Positions 29,096-39,595 of a stretch of 64,000 nt of DNA are shown one piece after another (position 1 is the first letter of the stretch; every line of letters begins with the position of its first letter). The notes beneath the pieces are model-generated. The model saw only the letters and a program-made list of their open reading frames with translations. It was not told the DNA's origin and searched no databases. Where the stretch lies: contig JBBQRF010000003.1 of the NCBI GenBank assembly GCA_038215155.1, forward strand, positions 65,904 to 129,903. Direction: 5' to 3'. Made by a program: the position numbers and the translations under genes. Source of the stretch: Minisyncoccia bacterium. GTDB taxonomy: Bacteria > Patescibacteriota > Minisyncoccia > Phycocordibacterales > CAJBRS01.

Positions 29096-30217
29096 TTACG
29101 CATGCTCTACAAACGAGAGAGCCATTTTTTGTTCGCGAGGATCAAAGAGAGTGATCTTGAAAGTATAGTTTTTGCCGAGCTCTAATTTCTGGCGGAGTTT
29201 CTCTTCACTACCAAATTCAGAAATATGGATGAGGCCGGCAATGCCTTCTTCAATAGAGGCCAGAGCCCCATGCTTGTTGAATTTAATAACTACACCTTGC
29301 ACCACATCATCTTTTTTATATTTATTTTCGGCACTCTTCCAAGGATTATCTTTCAAAGCCTTAATGGAAAGTGAAATCTTACCGTCTTTAATTTCAATAA
29401 TTTTTACTTTTACTTTTTCACCAATATGGAATCGGGTGCGAGGATCTTCTACAAGAGACCAATCAATTTCAGAAATATGCACTAAACCTTCTAGGCCTTC
29501 TTCCACTTTAACGAAGACGCCGAAGTCTACGATGCCGGTTACTTCACCATCTAAATCATCACCGATAGTATATTTGCCGATAATTTTTTCTTTGTCTTTA
29601 AAATCAGGACTCTTTTCCGAGAAAATCATTTTACCTTCTTTTGGCAGTGCAGAAATTATAGAGACAGAAATTTTTTGACCAATTAATTTTTTCAGCTCTT
29701 CTTGAATTTTATCCTTGTCACCATCGAGAACACGAGGGTAGTGCTCAGTCTTTAACTGGGAAGCAGGAAGAAATCCTTGAATTCCTTGCCAGGAGAGAAT
29801 TAATCCACCTTTATTTGCTTCAACGACAGGTAAATCGAGAATTCGCTTGTCGCGAATGGCTTGCTCGGCTTCGCTCCAGATCAGGGCTTGCTTAGCCTCT
29901 TTTAGAGAAAGCTCAATGTAACCTTCTAGATTGTTTACATCAACAATCTTGGCCGCTACAGTATCTCCAATATTTATTCTTTTAATAATGTCGCGCGCGT
30001 TAATGTACTCGCGCCCATAAATAATTCCCGTGCCAAAAGGAGCAAGGTTGACGAAGACTCCGTTTTTATCAATGGCTAAAACTGGACCCTCCACTAAATC
30101 TCCCAAGCTTGGGGGAGTGGGCGAATCAGTAATGAATTTCGTCATCAATGATTCTTTTTTTGGTTTTACTTCTATTTCGCTCTCTGCTTTTACTGCTTTA
30201 ACTGTTGCCTTACTCAT
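29096..30217 (-). CDS. rpsA: 30S ribosomal protein S1 (four S1 domains)
   Basis: NKGGL..GFLPASQL, DFGVFV..EGLVHISE, GLIHISE. Confidence 0.9.
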   Translation of the reverse strand: MSKATVKAVKAESEIEVKPKKESLMTKFITDSPTPPSLGDLVEGPVLAIDKNGVFVNLAPFGTGIIYGREYINARDIIKRINIGDTVAAKIVDVNNLEGYIELSLKEAKQALIWSEAEQAIRDKRILDLPVVEANKGGLILSWQGIQGFLPASQLKTEHYPRVLDGDKDKIQEELKKLIGQKISVSIISALPKEGKMIFSEKSPDFKDKEKIIGKYTIGDDLDGEVTGIVDFGVFVKVEEGLEGLVHISEIDWSLVEDPRTRFHIGEKVKVKIIEIKDGKISLSIKALKDNPWKSAENKYKKDDVVQGVVIKFNKHGALASIEEGIAGLIHISEFGSEEKLRQKLELGKNYTFKITLFDPREQKMALSFVEHA

Positions 30218-30380
30218 ATTTTTAAGAATGAAAAATACCCTCGCGGTTCGCCCTGAATTACTGTCGTGACAAGAGGCGGGTTACGCAATGGGTTCGATAT
30301 TAATAATGAATTTTAGTATACAGATGGAAATTCAAAGTGCAAGCATTCATTATTCTTCTAAAATCTGGTAAGATTTTTTC

Positions 30381-30986
30381 ATGGTCATCACTTACCACGG
30401 TCTAGAATTTTTTAAGTTGCAATTAGGGGATCTTACTGTTGCTTTTAATCCGCCTTCTAAAAAATCTCCTTTTAAGGCGCCGCGATTTGGCGCCGACATT
30501 GTTCTAGTTTCTATGAACAATGTGGACATGAACGGCGCCGATGAATTAAAACATGGTGATCGTACCCCTTTCATTATTTCAGGGCCTGGAGAATATGAAG
30601 TAAAAGAAATTTTTATTCGAGGGCTAGAAAGCCTTCCGGTGACAATCTACACGCTCAACCTTGATGGAATGAATATTTGTTTTCTTGGACCATTATCATC
30701 AAAAGATCTCTCACCTAATATAGTAGAGGCCTTGGACAATATCGATATTTTATTTGTGCCGATTGGGGGTCACGGAGTTTTGAGTGCTGCGGAAGCCTAT
30801 AAACTTGCTGTTAGTCTTGAGCCTAAATTAATTATCCCGATGCATTATGTGGAAGAGGATAAGACGGCATTAAAGACCTTTTTGAAAGAGGCGGGCGAAG
30901 AGGTGAAGCCGGTGGATAAGCTCACTCTTAAAAAGAAAGATCTGGAAGGGAAAGAAGGAGATGTTGTCGTTCTAACTATCGTCTAA
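30381..30986 (+). CDS. MBL-fold protein (Lactamase_B_3-like)
   Basis: ITYHG, ADIVLVS, GPGEYEV, DILFVPIGG, IIPMHY. Confidence 0.85.
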   Translation: MVITYHGLEFFKLQLGDLTVAFNPPSKKSPFKAPRFGADIVLVSMNNVDMNGADELKHGDRTPFIISGPGEYEVKEIFIRGLESLPVTIYTLNLDGMNICFLGPLSSKDLSPNIVEALDNIDILFVPIGGHGVLSAAEAYKLAVSLEPKLIIPMHYVEEDKTALKTFLKEAGEEVKPVDKLTLKKKDLEGKEGDVVVLTIV

Positions 30987-30987
30987 A

Positions 30988-31212
30988 ATGAGAAATTTTA
31001 TTCGAAATCTTCGCGCTAAGCCCGAAAGTGACAGACGGCGATTTTTATTACTGAGCAGCGTGGGAATTACTTTAATTATTGTACTAATTTGGCTTGTCAG
31101 TTTTACTAATTCCTATTTATTTAATAATGGAGCCGCGAAGACCACAGAAGTTAATCCGGTCTCTATTTTGAAGAGCAATTTGGGAGCGGTTTATGAGAGT
31201 TTTGGAAAATAA
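30988..31212 (+). CDS. Small membrane protein
   Basis: Basic N-terminus (LRAKPESDRRR) then one TM helix. Confidence 0.65.
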   Translation: MRNFIRNLRAKPESDRRRFLLLSSVGITLIIVLIWLVSFTNSYLFNNGAAKTTEVNPVSILKSNLGAVYESFGK

Positions 31213-31239
31213 ATTTATTAAATGAAAGATCGCTCCAAT

Positions 31240-31306
31240 AAACCTGCCACTGTCGGGAGCGCTCCGGGCCGCTAGGCCAAGTCTTACTCCCGACAGTGGC
31301 AGGTTT
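31240..31306 (-). repeat. Palindromic repeat family A, copy 3 (same core, different stem)
   Basis: Perfect 20-bp stem AAACCTGCCACTGTCGGGAG/CTCCCGACAGTGGCAGGTTT around the identical 27-nt core. Confidence 0.85.
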
Positions 31307-31370
31307 CTCTCCGCTAATTCTTTCATTTTTACTAGAATGAGGTTCATTTTTGTGCTAAAATATAAATAAT

Positions 31371-33848
31371 ATGGCAGAAAAAGGTAAGCAAAAAGGCGGG
31401 GAAGAGAAGCCCTTGCCCGATCCAAAACGTGTCAGCATAGTCCCTCGCAGTTTAGTGACGGAAATGAAAGAGTCTTATTTAGACTATGCCATGTCTGTTA
31501 TTACCGCTCGAGCCCTGCCAGACATTCGCGACGGCTTAAAACCCGTGCATCGTCGTATTCTATTTGCCATGAGTGAATTGGGCCTGACATCAGGAGCAAA
31601 AACTCGAAAATCTGCAAAAATTACTGGAGACGTTACTGGTAATTATCATCCTCACGGTGATGTGGCCGTCTATGAATCATTAGTAAAAATGGCTCAAGAT
31701 TTTTCTATGCGTTACCCTTTGATTATTGGCCAAGGTAACTTCGGTTCAATTGACGGAGACGGCGCCGCCGCCCCTCGATACACAGAGGCTAAAATGTCAC
31801 GTATTGCTGCCGAACTTTTACGTGACCTGGAAAAAGATACTGTAGCGTTTCGCCCCAACTATGAAGGCACTCGCAAAGAACCGGTAGTATTACCGACGGC
31901 CGTTCCTAATCTTTTATTGAACGGTACTTTAGGTATTGCCGTTGGTATGGCCTCGAACATTCCACCTCATAATTTAGGTGAAGTAATTGACGCCACTATT
32001 CATTTAATTGATGAACCGGAGGCGGGCAATCCAGAATTAGTAAAATTTATTAAAGGCCCCGACTTTCCGACCGGCGGAATAATTTATGGCGAGAAAGATA
32101 TTCATCATGCTTATGCCAATGGTAAAGGTCCTGTAGTGGTGCGTGGTGAAGCAGAGATTATTGAGGAAAAGGCGGGCAAATCACAGATTGTCATAACCTC
32201 CATTCCATTTCGCGTAAATAAAGCCGACCTTATTACTAATATCGCTGATCTAGTCCGAGATAAAAAACTAGAAGGCATTAAAGATATTAGAGATGAATCG
32301 ACTAAAGACATTCGCGTTGTTATTGATTTGAAAAACGGCGCCTATCCTCAAAATGTTTTAAATTATCTTTACAAACACACTCAGCTTGAAGAAACTTTCC
32401 ATTTTAATAATGTCGCTCTAGTTGACGGAGTACCTCAGACCCTCACCCTAAAAAGTTTTCTTGAAGAATTTATCAGTCATCGAAAGATTGTTATTCGCCG
32501 CCGCACCGAATTTGATTTGCGGCGGGCGGAGGACAGAGAACACATTTTACTCGGACTGAAAAAGGCTCTGGATCATATAGATAAAGTTATCAAATTGATT
32601 CGAGCGGCTAAAGATGCCGCTACCGCTCACGCCGATTTGCGTAAGGAATTTAAATTCTCTGATAAACAAGCGACTGCAATTTTAGAAATGAGACTGCAGA
32701 AATTGGCGGGACTCGAGCGCAAGAAGATTGACGATGAATTAAAAGAGATCCAAGCACTGATCAAGGATTTAAAGGAAATATTAGCTAGCCCTAAACGAAT
32801 TCAGACAATCATTAAGACTGAGCTGAAAGAAATAAGAGAAAAGTACGCAGACGAAAGAAGAACTAAAATAATTAAACATGGAGCCAAAACTTTATCTATG
32901 GAAGATGTTATTCCGGATGAGGAGTCAGTCTTAGTTTTGACTGCGGGTGGATACATTAAACGGACTAATCCCGATGAGTATCGCCGTCAGAAGAGGGGTG
33001 GAGTGGGGGTAGTAGATCTGGACACAAAAGAAGAAGATTTCATTACTAAATTCTTGACCACGAGCTCTCATAGCGAACTGCTTTTCTTTACGGATAAAGG
33101 CAAGGCCTATCAGATTAAGATGTATGAAATTCCAGAAGGGCGTCGAGCCACTCGAGGGAAGTCTATTATGAATTTCTTGGCTCTTGGCGCAGATGAGAAA
33201 GTAACATCTATTCTGCCTATGCCCAAACTTATGAAGAATAATCCAGTTTCTCTATTAATGGTTACACGCGCTGGCACTGCGAAAAAAGTAAAAGCCGAAA
33301 GTTTTCATGATGTTAGACGAAGCGGATTAATTGCTATTCGCTTGAGTGCCGGTGATGAATTAATATCTGCCTCCTTTGTAGAAAAAGGTGATGACGTAAT
33401 TGTCGTATCAGCTGATGGGCAATCAATTCGCTTTAAAGAATCTGATGTCCGGGAAATGGGACGAAGCGCCGGCGGCGTAAGAGTAATTAGGTTGCCTAAA
33501 AAATCGGAAGTGGTAGGAGCCGATGTTATTAGTAAGAATTTTGTTAACCCCAAACTTTTAGTGATTGCTAAAAATGGTTACGGTAAGCAAACTGATTTGA
33601 AAGAATATAAAATTCAGAAAAGAGGTGGTAGCGGAATTAAGACGGCAAAAGTTACAACTAAAACTGGAGACATTATTGCTTCTAAAGTCGTTTCTGGTTC
33701 TGAAACCGAAATCGTGGCCATTTCTAAAAAAAGTCAGGTCATTCGAGTAGATTTAGCGGAAATTCCATCTCTCGGTCGCCAGACTCAAGGAGTGCGAATA
33801 ATGAAGCTTCGAGAAGGGGACTTCATTGCTTCACTAGTTTGTCTTTAA
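31371..33848 (+). CDS. gyrA: DNA gyrase subunit A
   Basis: [22 protein letters not shown], GyrA box QKRGGVG. Confidence 0.97.
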   Translation: MAEKGKQKGGEEKPLPDPKRVSIVPRSLVTEMKESYLDYAMSVITARALPDIRDGLKPVHRRILFAMSELGLTSGAKTRKSAKITGDVTGNYHPHGDVAVYESLVKMAQDFSMRYPLIIGQGNFGSIDGDGAAAPRYTEAKMSRIAAELLRDLEKDTVAFRPNYEGTRKEPVVLPTAVPNLLLNGTLGIAVGMASNIPPHNLGEVIDATIHLIDEPEAGNPELVKFIKGPDFPTGGIIYGEKDIHHAYANGKGPVVVRGEAEIIEEKAGKSQIVITSIPFRVNKADLITNIADLVRDKKLEGIKDIRDESTKDIRVVIDLKNGAYPQNVLNYLYKHTQLEETFHFNNVALVDGVPQTLTLKSFLEEFISHRKIVIRRRTEFDLRRAEDREHILLGLKKALDHIDKVIKLIRAAKDAATAHADLRKEFKFSDKQATAILEMRLQKLAGLERKKIDDELKEIQALIKDLKEILASPKRIQTIIKTELKEIREKYADERRTKIIKHGAKTLSMEDVIPDEESVLVLTAGGYIKRTNPDEYRRQKRGGVGVVDLDTKEEDFITKFLTTSSHSELLFFTDKGKAYQIKMYEIPEGRRATRGKSIMNFLALGADEKVTSILPMPKLMKNNPVSLLMVTRAGTAKKVKAESFHDVRRSGLIAIRLSAGDELISASFVEKGDDVIVVSADGQSIRFKESDVREMGRSAGGVRVIRLPKKSEVVGADVISKNFVNPKLLVIAKNGYGKQTDLKEYKIQKRGGSGIKTAKVTTKTGDIIASKVVSGSETEIVAISKKSQVIRVDLAEIPSLGRQTQGVRIMKLREGDFIASLVCL

Positions 33849-33851
33849 TTG

Positions 33852-34376
33852 ATGTTTACTAATCCGCAAAAAAATATAGAGTTCGCATACATTGGCGAGG
33901 GAATGAAGGTGGCCGATTTTGGAGCGGCTGTCGGTCACCACGCCATAATGGCGGCGCGACAAGTTGGGGTGGCTGGAGTGGTTTATGCTATTGATGTTCA
34001 GTCGGAATTACTGGCGAAGCTCGCGCGCGAAGCGCGTGGCGAGAAGCTAGAAAATGTCCATATTATTTTAGGAAATATAGAAAAGCCGGGTGGTAGCACT
34101 TTAAAAGAGGGCTCTGTAGATCGAGTACTTTTAATAAACACCCTTTTTCAGCTGGAGAATAAAGCGGCCGCCCTGGAAGAAGCTAAGCGTACTCTGAATA
34201 AGGGCGGCCGCCTCGCCATCATAGATTGGCAGGAATCTTTCGGACAAATTGGGCCGCATGCCGACCATATCGTCAAAGAAAAAGAAGCAATTAAATTGGC
34301 AGAAAGCGCCGGCTTCAAATTGCAAAGCCAATTCGAAGCCGGCCTTCACCATTACGGCCTGCTATTCAGACTCTAA
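33852..34376 (+). CDS. Class I SAM-dependent methyltransferase
   Basis: VADFGAAVG, VYAIDVQ, GGRLAIIDW, HHYGL. Confidence 0.85.
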   Translation: MFTNPQKNIEFAYIGEGMKVADFGAAVGHHAIMAARQVGVAGVVYAIDVQSELLAKLAREARGEKLENVHIILGNIEKPGGSTLKEGSVDRVLLINTLFQLENKAAALEEAKRTLNKGGRLAIIDWQESFGQIGPHADHIVKEKEAIKLAESAGFKLQSQFEAGLHHYGLLFRL

Positions 34377-34402
34377 CTCCCTTGCTATAATTATTTCGAT
34401 AC

Positions 34403-35710
34403 ATGACAACCTTTCAAGTAGTTCTGCTTTCCTTCTTCGGCTTCATTGTAATTGCGGCCGTTCTCCTTTTTGCTTCCGGTGGTTTAGGAACTAGCACTGT
34501 TTCTACTCCTGATCTAACTATGTGGGGGACCTTGCCCTCACAACAAATCAATGATCTTCTGGCCGCTATTGATAATAATCAACGCGGAGTGATTAAAGTT
34601 ACCTATTTTCAGAAAGACCCTGAAACCTTTCATACGGAGTTTACTGGAGCGGTAGCGGAAGGCCGCGGCCCGGACATTATAATGCTTCCTCAAAATGAAA
34701 TATTATTGGAGAGGAATAAATTACTACCTATTCCTCTAGCTACTTTTACCACGCGCGAAATGCAAGATACTTTTGTGGAAGAAGGAGAAATCTTCTACAC
34801 TTCCCGCGGTTTCCTAGGTGTTCCTTTTTCAATTGATCCATTAGTAATGTATTGGAACCGCACACTTTTTCAGAATGCAGGTCTCTCTAAGCCTCCTGTC
34901 TATTGGGATGAATTCTCCACCGTTATTCCTATTCTTACCAAAAAAGATCAGGCCTCTAATGTTACTCAAAGTACAGTAGCGCTCGGAGAAGTAACGAACA
35001 TTGCTCATGCTAAAGAAATTCTTTCCACTTTAATTTTTCAAGCAGGCAATCCTATCACCGCCATTAGCTCACCCACAGATCCTCGTCCAGACAAAGTCTC
35101 GGCCGTTTTAGATCAAAAATTTTCATCGGCCATAGCTCCTACTGAAGCTGCCCTGGATTTCTTTACCCAGTTTGCCGATCCCAACAATCCAGCTTTTTCT
35201 TGGACTCGCGCCTTGCCGTATTCTGCTAATGCTTTCACTAATGGCACCTTAGCTATTTATTTCGGCTTTGCCAGCGACTACGCCATACTCAGAGAGAAAA
35301 ATCCTAACTTAAATTTTGATGTTGCTCCAGTACCACAGCCACGTAGCTCTAGTAATAAAATTACTTTCGGCAATATTACCGCATTAGCAATAGCAAAAGG
35401 CACAAAATATAGTGATGATGCCTACAGCGCTATTCGAGTATTGACCTCTAATTCTTCTATCGGCTTATTAACTGTCGCCACTAACCTACCTCCAGTTCGG
35501 CGAGATCTCCTGGCTACCACTACTCCAACGAGCGCTGCCATGGTTGTCTTTAATAATGCAGCCCTGCAGAGTAAGAGTTGGTTTGATCCAGACCCAGTTA
35601 AAAGTGCTGATATTTTCAAGCGTATGGTTGACGCCATTCAGTCCGGTAGTCGCACTACTAGCGACGCAGTTAGTTCTGCTAACGTTGAGTTACAAAACCT
35701 TATTCCATAA
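34403..35710 (+). CDS. Membrane-anchored extracellular solute-binding protein (family 1-like)
   Basis: LTMWG, GRGPDII, DPLVMYWNR.LF, F..G.LAIYFG, FDVAPVPQ. Confidence 0.8.
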   Translation: MTTFQVVLLSFFGFIVIAAVLLFASGGLGTSTVSTPDLTMWGTLPSQQINDLLAAIDNNQRGVIKVTYFQKDPETFHTEFTGAVAEGRGPDIIMLPQNEILLERNKLLPIPLATFTTREMQDTFVEEGEIFYTSRGFLGVPFSIDPLVMYWNRTLFQNAGLSKPPVYWDEFSTVIPILTKKDQASNVTQSTVALGEVTNIAHAKEILSTLIFQAGNPITAISSPTDPRPDKVSAVLDQKFSSAIAPTEAALDFFTQFADPNNPAFSWTRALPYSANAFTNGTLAIYFGFASDYAILREKNPNLNFDVAPVPQPRSSSNKITFGNITALAIAKGTKYSDDAYSAIRVLTSNSSIGLLTVATNLPPVRRDLLATTTPTSAAMVVFNNAALQSKSWFDPDPVKSADIFKRMVDAIQSGSRTTSDAVSSANVELQNLIP

Positions 35711-35712
35711 TC

Positions 35713-36111
35713 ATGCGAAAATATCTTCCAATTTTTCTAATAATTTTTCTCACCTCAATCACTTTATTAGTTGTCTTTCCAATAATGGTTCAGGGTGCTG
35801 GGGGAATTGTCCCAGATTGCCAAAATGCAGATGGGGGTTGTACTTGGGGAGATTTCATATTGTTAATTAACAAGTTTATTGACTTCTTGTTTTATATCGC
35901 CGGAGCCCTGGCCGCTATTTCTTTTGCATATGCCGGCTTCCTTTACCTGACTTCCATGGGAAGTCCAGAGCAAATAAAAAAAGCCAAAAGTATTTTTGGC
36001 AAAGTAGTGTTAGGATTAATAATAGCCCTCGCCGCCTGGTTAATCGTTAAAGTGATTTTATCAGCTGTCGGTTTGAAACAAGGGCAAGGATATTCGTTGC
36101 TTGGCTTCTAA
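35713..36111 (+). CDS. VirB2/TrbC-like (T4SS_pilin) protein 1
   Basis: Signal peptide, C..C, YAGFLYLTSMGSPEQIKKAKSI...GLII...AWLIV. Confidence 0.75.
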   Translation: MRKYLPIFLIIFLTSITLLVVFPIMVQGAGGIVPDCQNADGGCTWGDFILLINKFIDFLFYIAGALAAISFAYAGFLYLTSMGSPEQIKKAKSIFGKVVLGLIIALAAWLIVKVILSAVGLKQGQGYSLLGF

Positions 36112-36112
36112 T

Positions 36113-36526
36113 ATGAGATTTATTTATATAACAATTATTCTCAGCATTGTCTTTGTCGGAATTTTTGCTGCGCCAGTGGCTTTGGGAGCACCCGGAGGAC
36201 TTGGTAATTTGGACTCCTTCTCCACTCCAGGAGGATCAGGTAATAATGGGGATCCTAACTCTATTCAAAACCCTCTCCGCAGCAGCGGCACCATATATGA
36301 ATTTATTGCTCAGGTATTAAAAGAAGTAGCCAAGATTGGAGCAGTCATCTGTGTCTTCTTCATTATTTATTCTGGGTTTTTATTTGTTACAGCCAGAGGA
36401 AATCCAGAAAAGTTAACTACGGCAAAAAGCGCCCTAGCTTATACTTTAATTGGCGCCGCTATACTTCTAGGCGCAGGTCTCTTGGCTACTATTATTGAAA
36501 ATACTATTAAAAACTTACGAACATGA
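36113..36526 (+). CDS. VirB2/TrbC-like pilin protein 2
   Basis: IQNPL, IIYSGFLFVTARGNPEKLTTAKSALAYTLIG. Confidence 0.75.
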   Translation: MRFIYITIILSIVFVGIFAAPVALGAPGGLGNLDSFSTPGGSGNNGDPNSIQNPLRSSGTIYEFIAQVLKEVAKIGAVICVFFIIYSGFLFVTARGNPEKLTTAKSALAYTLIGAAILLGAGLLATIIENTIKNLRT

Positions 36527-36831
36527 ATTTCTTACCAATTAATTTTGCTTATGCCCAAAGTGGCAAGGCCACAGATTTTAAAAGCCTAGTGCAGCTTTTA
36601 ATTAGTCTTTTAAACATCTTAATCCCACTAATTATCGGGGTGGCTTTAGTAGTTTTTCTTTATGGCATTGTTCGCTACGTTTTAGGTTCGGGCGACGATA
36701 AAAGTTCGGCTAAAAGCATCATGCTTTGGGGCATCATCGCTCTCTTCGTCATGGTTTCGGTTTGGGGATTGGTGGGCATTCTTCAGAGCACCTTTTTTGG
36801 TGGCACTTTAGGCATTCCGCAGCTAAAGTAA
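36523..36831 (+). CDS. VirB2/TrbC-like pilin protein 3
   Basis: FLYGIVRYV...AKSIMLWGIIALFVMVSVWGLV. Confidence 0.75.
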   Translation: MNFLPINFAYAQSGKATDFKSLVQLLISLLNILIPLIIGVALVVFLYGIVRYVLGSGDDKSSAKSIMLWGIIALFVMVSVWGLVGILQSTFFGGTLGIPQLK

Positions 36832-36930
36832 CCTATCCCCAGCACTCCTTTATAGAGAAGGAAATCTATAGTACAATTATAGAAATAAGATCCGGTCAAC
36901 TTTAAATTTATTAATAAATTAACCATTTAA

Positions 36931-37290
36931 ATGAAAAAGTATATTATTGCCGCTTTAACCGTCGTTCTGCCAGGAGTTGCTTTTGGTCAGCAATTAACTA
37001 ACATCAGTGTCTTAATTAGCTCGGCTACGCACATTCTCAACCAGTTAGTGCCATTCTTTATTGGTCTAGGGTTAGTAGTTTTCCTTTTCGGTATCGTTCG
37101 ATATGTACTTGCTGGTTCAGGAGAGGACAAAGCTTCGGCTCGTAGTATCATGATCTACGGCATCATCGCTCTCTTCGTCATGGTTTCGGTGTGGGGATTG
37201 GTGAATTTTCTCGGTAATGCTCTGGGCTTAAATAATACTCAAAATATTCCTGCTCCAAATATTCCAACCAATAATTCTGGAGGTTACTAA
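36931..37290 (+). CDS. VirB2/TrbC-like pilin protein 4
   Basis: Signal peptide PGVAFG|Q, FLFGIVRYV...IYGIIALFVMVSVWGLV. Confidence 0.75.
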   Translation: MKKYIIAALTVVLPGVAFGQQLTNISVLISSATHILNQLVPFFIGLGLVVFLFGIVRYVLAGSGEDKASARSIMIYGIIALFVMVSVWGLVNFLGNALGLNNTQNIPAPNIPTNNSGGY

Positions 37291-37309
37291 AACTTTCCGG
37301 CCAAGCTAA

Positions 37310-37699
37310 ATGAAGAAGACTCTTCTAATTCTCGCCATACTTTTCGTGCCGGGAGTGGCTTTTGGCCAGAGAGCGCCTACTCTTGGATCTCTGCTAAAAT
37401 CGGGGCTCAACATTCTCAATCTTCTCATTCCGTTTATTATTGGCATTGGTCTGGTAATTTTCCTTTACGGCGTAGTGCGGTATGTCCTGGCGGGAGGCAG
37501 TGAAGATAAAGCAGCAGCAAGACAAATAATGCTCTACGGTATCATCGCGCTATTTGTAATGGTGTCGGTGTGGGGATTGGTGAATTTAATTCGGGACGGA
37601 CTAGGCATTAGTAATAATCCTAATATTGTCGCCCCCACAGCACCCAACAGTGATTTCCCGACAAGTGATGGGGGAGAGTCGGGTATAAGATTTAGATAA
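37310..37699 (+). CDS. VirB2/TrbC-like pilin protein 5
   Basis: Signal peptide PGVAFG|Q, FLYGVVRYV...LYGIIALFVMVSVWGLV. Confidence 0.75.
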   Translation: MKKTLLILAILFVPGVAFGQRAPTLGSLLKSGLNILNLLIPFIIGIGLVIFLYGVVRYVLAGGSEDKAAARQIMLYGIIALFVMVSVWGLVNLIRDGLGISNNPNIVAPTAPNSDFPTSDGGESGIRFR

Positions 37700-37704
37700 A
37701 AATT

Positions 37705-37980
37705 ATGGATTCAATTGATAAATTACTACAAAGTATTGATGAGGTGATTATAAATCCTCTCATTTACCTGCTTTTTGCTGTCGCGTTAATAGTTTTTTTG
37801 TGGGGAGTGGTAGAATTCGTTATTAATTCAGAGAGTGCCGAAGGAAGAACCAAAGGGAGAGACCATATTCTCTGGGGTTTGGTAGGCATGTTTATAATGG
37901 TTTCCGCTTTTGGCATAATTACTATTATCGTGCGGACATTCGGAATTGATCATAGCGCAGTGGACTCCATACGTCGTTAA
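37705..37980 (+). CDS. VirB2/TrbC-like pilin protein 6
   Basis: IINPLI..LFAVALIVFLWGVVEFV...GRDHILWGLVGMFIMVSAFGII. Confidence 0.75.
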   Translation: MDSIDKLLQSIDEVIINPLIYLLFAVALIVFLWGVVEFVINSESAEGRTKGRDHILWGLVGMFIMVSAFGIITIIVRTFGIDHSAVDSIRR

Positions 37981-38011
37981 TTTTAAAATAAAAAAATAGG
38001 GAAATAAAATA

Positions 38012-38046
38012 GGCCGGGCAAAGTGATGAAATCACTTTGCCCGGCC
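38012..38046. terminator. Perfect 16-bp hairpin between convergent units
   Basis: GGCCGGGCAAAGTGAT-GAA-ATCACTTTGCCCGGCC; U-rich tail on the minus strand. Confidence 0.8.
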
Positions 38047-38048
38047 GT

Positions 38049-38519
38049 TTACTTTCGGAAGACTAGAATGGTCATGGGAGCACTAGCGTTCCCAAACTCC
38101 AGATAGTAACAGCCGTTTCCAATATCAGGCTGTTGCCCTTCTGTCCACAGTCGCTCTGTGCCACTACCATTTACTCGATAGGAACAAGAGCGATGTTCAT
38201 TTCCGACGGATTCCCATCGGAAACCCTTACCCCCAATACTTTTCGGTCCGCCCATTTCTGTGCGAACCCAACCGTGAGTAGGAACCTCTAAGGTAGAAAT
38301 CAAAGCACCGGGTCTTTGAAATTCCAAGGACGACACATCTTCCTTTCTAGAAACTTCTCGGCTGGTTGCGCAGCTTTTGATGGCTGTTGACACCCAGCTT
38401 ATGACTACGATTGCCACCAAGATCTTGAAAATAAGCATTCCGCCTCTGCGCTTTGGCCTAGCCACAGTCACATCAACAGGAGCTCTATAATTCCAATGGG
38501 CCGCCGTTCGTTGTGTCAC
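38049..38519 (-). CDS. Hypothetical single-TM protein
   Basis: GTG start overlaps upstream stop (GTGA), AGGAGA SD, TM then Trp/Cys-containing domain. Confidence 0.7.
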   Translation of the reverse strand: MTQRTAAHWNYRAPVDVTVARPKRRGGMLIFKILVAIVVISWVSTAIKSCATSREVSRKEDVSSLEFQRPGALISTLEVPTHGWVRTEMGGPKSIGGKGFRWESVGNEHRSCSYRVNGSGTERLWTEGQQPDIGNGCYYLEFGNASAPMTILVFRK

Positions 38520-39493
38520 TTATCTCCTTTCTTCTCGGCTCTCGCGGGTTTACCAGGACCTGATATCTTATTAGCTAGGTTCGTACCCAAACCTCCTACT
38601 CCTATTGACGTCAAATTTTCCAACCCTTTAACATCTCCACTCAGGCGGAGGATATTAACTCGGGCAACCTCAGTCTCGGCCATAAAAAATTCCGTGGCTA
38701 GACTTGGTTCCAAAATACCCTTTACCGACTTAATGAATTCTTTCAGGCGTTGCCCAACAAGGCGTTGATTACGAATTCGCTGTGATTGTTCGTCATATTG
38801 AATATTGGAAATTCTAACAGAGATCACAATGATGCCGTATTTTTTTTGAAACTCCTTGTACTCTTTTTTATTCTGAAAATCTCGCTTAATTGCCGGATTC
38901 ATCGCATGTTGATGGAGATCCTTAGTTTCTTTTTCTTGAAACTTCGAAGAGATCCACGACCCCACAGTCTCGCCAAGTAGATTCGGAACAATTCCGATAT
39001 CATTTCCGGCATAAGCCAGCAGACTCTCTTGACTGCTGGCGTCGACTTTGTAAGTCGCGATCCAGGTTACTTTTAACAAGGTTCCGTCCTTCGTGGGATA
39101 AAACTCCGCTTGCTCTTCCACCGTCTCTGGGTCACCAGAGGTGACCTTTTGGACCAACATGGTAAAACCCATTTCAGGCGTCTCCCAAGGGAATTTCGGA
39201 TGCCCTCCTTCACAGAGGACGAACTTAACCCCCTTATCTTTAGAATTCTTCCACTGGTTTAGCAGTAGTACGCCCTGAAAGGGCTTCACTACCATCCAGA
39301 TCCCCTGTATAGGGGAATTCAGCAGGACGTTGACTAAACTGTAAACTATCACCAAGGTCAACCCAATACTGATTAGGGTATCGAAACCGATTGGAAAGAA
39401 GAGGAGAAGCCCCCTCAAAACCGTCCAAATGATGAGCGTTACTCCTATAATCAGCAGGTAAATGCGCCGCATTTTCTGATTGTCTGTAAGCAT
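38516..39493 (-). CDS. SPFH/Band 7 domain membrane protein
   Basis: Two TMs, VKPFQGVLL, EG.H.KFPWE, TKDG..L.V.W...YKV, YGIIVISVRISNI. Confidence 0.7.
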   Translation of the reverse strand: MLTDNQKMRRIYLLIIGVTLIIWTVLRGLLLFFPIGFDTLISIGLTLVIVYSLVNVLLNSPIQGIWMVVKPFQGVLLLNQWKNSKDKGVKFVLCEGGHPKFPWETPEMGFTMLVQKVTSGDPETVEEQAEFYPTKDGTLLKVTWIATYKVDASSQESLLAYAGNDIGIVPNLLGETVGSWISSKFQEKETKDLHQHAMNPAIKRDFQNKKEYKEFQKKYGIIVISVRISNIQYDEQSQRIRNQRLVGQRLKEFIKSVKGILEPSLATEFFMAETEVARVNILRLSGDVKGLENLTSIGVGGLGTNLANKISGPGKPARAEKKGDK

Positions 39494-39549
39494 AATTCCT
39501 TTCGCGTTGTTGAAATTTCAAAGAACCGTTATGGTTCAATTCACTGTGG

Positions 39550-39578
39550 ACTATATCATAAAATATTGGAAAAGTCAA
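39550..39578 (-). promoter_or_regulatory. Sigma70-type promoter of the SPFH cassette
   Basis: TTGACT-17 nt-TATAGT with TG extension. Confidence 0.65.
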
Positions 39579-39595
39579 AGAGTAGAAGATTGTTG

